Below, piece after piece: positions 61,771 through 64,000 of a DNA stretch of 64,000 nucleotides. Numbering within the stretch: position 1 is the stretch's first letter; each line of letters opens with the position of its first letter. Origin of the DNA: Centroscyllium fabricii (Eukaryota); the NCBI GenBank assembly GCA_051313645.2, contig JBNRSN020000007.1, positions 249,612,001 through 249,676,000 on the forward strand. The letters run 5' to 3'. The position numbers were made by a program, and so were the translations under genes. The notes under the pieces were generated by a model. That model was not told where the DNA came from and did no database searches. It saw only the letters and a program-made list of their open reading frames with translations.

Positions 61771-62282
61771 GGGGGAGAAATTCGGTATCGCCCCGTTTGG
61801 GGTGCAATTATCGGCCGGGAGCAAAGTTTAGCACCTGGCGCTAATTATTGCCTCTGACTGCAAACTTGGCTTCTATCACCCCTGGAAGAGATTGGAGCAC
61901 TAAATCAGGTGCTACACACCTCTCTTAAGGCGCTAACGCCGAGGAGCGAGGCGCTAACTCAGAGTGCTGGCGAAGCTCAGGTGATGTCAGTTGGCAGTGC
62001 AACACTGCGTTGACCAATTCTTAAAGGGGAGGGTCGATCTTGCTCTCCAGCCACACCCTGCTCATTGCAGCCTTGAATCTCGGCCTGCACAGACATCAAC
62101 ATGAATACTGCTGCAAATAACAATGGAGAGGCCCAGGGAACGAGCTCAGTGCTTCAGCAACCAGGCTTTGGTGGATCCGGTTGGCGCAGTGGAGCGCCAA
62201 ACCTCAGTATTCTACCCACAGAATGGCAGGAGGCCATTGCCACGTCAGTACAGAAGAGTGTGGAGGGTGGTGGCTCAGCACG
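61771..62282. mobile_element. Left part of a Harbinger-type non-autonomous element
   Basis: gggggagaaattcgg terminus and gcgctaa motifs as in family B. Confidence 0.55.
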
Positions 62283-63838
62283 TCTCCTCAAAGCCCAAGA
62301 TGGCCAGACGGGTGGTGGAGAAGGAGCATTTGTCCCGGTCATAGGTGAGATTCAACCGTTCCGCTGCCCGGAGGAATCTCTGCAGGTTCACGTCGTGATC
62401 TTGCTGATCGTGGCCGCAGATCGTGACATTGTCAAGGTAGGGAAAAGTAGCTGTGAGGGCGAACTTATCGACCATCCGGTCCATTGTACGCTGGAACACC
62501 GACACCCCGTTCGTAACACCAAATGGAACCCGGAGGAAGTGATATAGCCGGCCTGCCACCTCAAAGGCGGTGTATTGGTGGTCTGCCTTCCTCATGGGCA
62601 ACTGGTGGTACGCCGATTTTAGGTCGATGGTTGAGACGACCCGGTATTGGGCGATCTGCGTGACCATATCGGCTATACGTGGAAGGGGGTAGGCATCCAG
62701 GAACATGAACCGGTTAATCGTTTGGCTATAGTCAATGACCATGCGCGGTTTGGCACCGGTCCTGACTACAACCACTTGCGCTCGCCAGGGGCTGTTGCTG
62801 GCGGCAATGATGCCTTCATGCAACAGCCACTCTACCTCGGATTTAATGAAGGCCCGGTCTGATGCGCTGTACCGCCTGCTTTTGGTTGCTATCGGCCTGC
62901 ACTCCTGCGCGAGGTTGGCAAAAAGAGAGGGGGCTCAACCTTGAGAGCCGACAAGTCACAGGTTTTCATGTGGCTCTGAAAATCGAGCCCTAACAACACC
63001 GGAGCGCAGAGTTGTGGAAGGGTGTATAGGTGGAAATCCCGGAACTGGGCCCCATTGACTCTAAGGGCGACCGTGCAGTACCCTATGGCGTCCGCCGTTT
63101 GAGTTTTGGAAGCCAGGGAGATCTGGCACCGAGAGGGCCGCATTACCAGCGACATGCGTCGCGCGGTGTCAGGGTGTACAAAACTCACGGTGCTGCCGGT
63201 GTCGAACAAACAGTCAACGGGGTGCTCATTGATCTCGATGGGCGCAGTGGACAGCGCGAGCGAGCGGGGCCTCGACTGGTCGAGTGATGAGGCCGCGACG
63301 GTATGGGGGTGTTGGATGGGACAGCTGGAACCCCGAGCCGATCGACCGGAGTCAGTGGATGCGGGCGTACAAGATGGCGGCATCCGTTGCATCCCCAAAC
63401 GCATGCGCCCTCTCCAAGAGCTGCCCCTGCCAGCTAACTCGAAAGCCCTGAAAAGGTGTTTAGGGTTCTTTTCGTATTACGCCCAGTGGGTGCCCCAATA
63501 TGCAGACAAGGCCCGGCCACTCCTCAAAGCCACCAGCTTCCCACTCCCGGCCGAAGCCCACACGGCATTCGCGTCCATCAAACGCGACATCGCCAAGGCG
63601 GCTATGCAGGCCATTGACGAGTCACTACCCTTCCAGGTGGAGAGCGACGCATCCGACTTCGCCGTGTCCGCCACCCTTAACCAGGCAGGCCGGCCCGTCG
63701 CCTTCTTCTCTCGCACCCTCCAAGGCCCCGAAACCCGACACTCTTCCGTCGAGAAGGAGGCCCAAGCCATTGTGGAGGCCGTCCGGTACTGGCGCCACTA
63801 CCTGGCCAGGAAGCGTTTTACCCTGCTCACCGACCAAT
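62283..63838. mobile_element. Rearranged Gypsy pol fragment: PR-RT on minus (62283-63390), RNase H on plus (63393-63838)
   Basis: LFDTGS, SNSPWRAQVVVV, IDLKSAYHQ, YLDN (minus); PKRMRPLQELP..ESDASD..EKEA..TDQ (plus); no LTRs. Confidence 0.9.
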
Positions 63839-64000
63839 CCCCGCCAAGTTCCTGCTCGTCCCGCAAAATCCCCCCGGTTGTGTGTGTTTCTATTTGTTTG
63901 TCCTGAATAAGTGACACATACAGAGTTTGTTAAATAAAAAAGTTGTTGTATTCAAAATATACATGTTTGGCCTTTGGAATCATTGCAGTTTTGGCCAGCT

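Noticed and set aside
4049-63910. Numerous short ORFs in MITEs, SINEs and antisense to LINE/Gypsy ORFs
   Set aside because: Shadow or chance ORFs in repeats with no protein-family features.

Overview
Vertebrate nuclear DNA, most likely a cartilaginous fish (shark), inferred from HE1/V-SINE-like SINEs with HER1-type CR1 tails, Penelope elements and Harbinger MITEs. Most of the window is nested transposable elements. These include CR1-clade LINEs of several subfamilies, L2 and Rex1/Babar fragments, three Penelope copies, and a decayed Harbinger (transposase plus Myb/SANT gene) with many non-autonomous derivatives. LTR elements comprise one near-intact Mag-like Gypsy provirus, two rearranged relatives, and nine solo LTRs with readable 4-, 5- or 6-bp target-site duplications (TSDs). 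The small unique islands carry a chain of short, phase-compatible AG..GT exons of an unidentified + strand host gene that the ORF track largely misses. Main highlights: (1) the Gypsy has no tRNA primer-binding site (PBS). It instead has a perfect 15-nt complement of its own LTR poly(A)-signal region, suggesting self-priming and/or poly(A) masking, and two divergent copies share a YLDN rather than YxDD RT motif. (2) A 5S rRNA-promoter SINE has a Rex1/Babar-type tail matching a LINE in the same window. (3) An inverted duplication of intronic DNA ends just upstream of a host splice acceptor. All calls were made by eye; no database searches were run.
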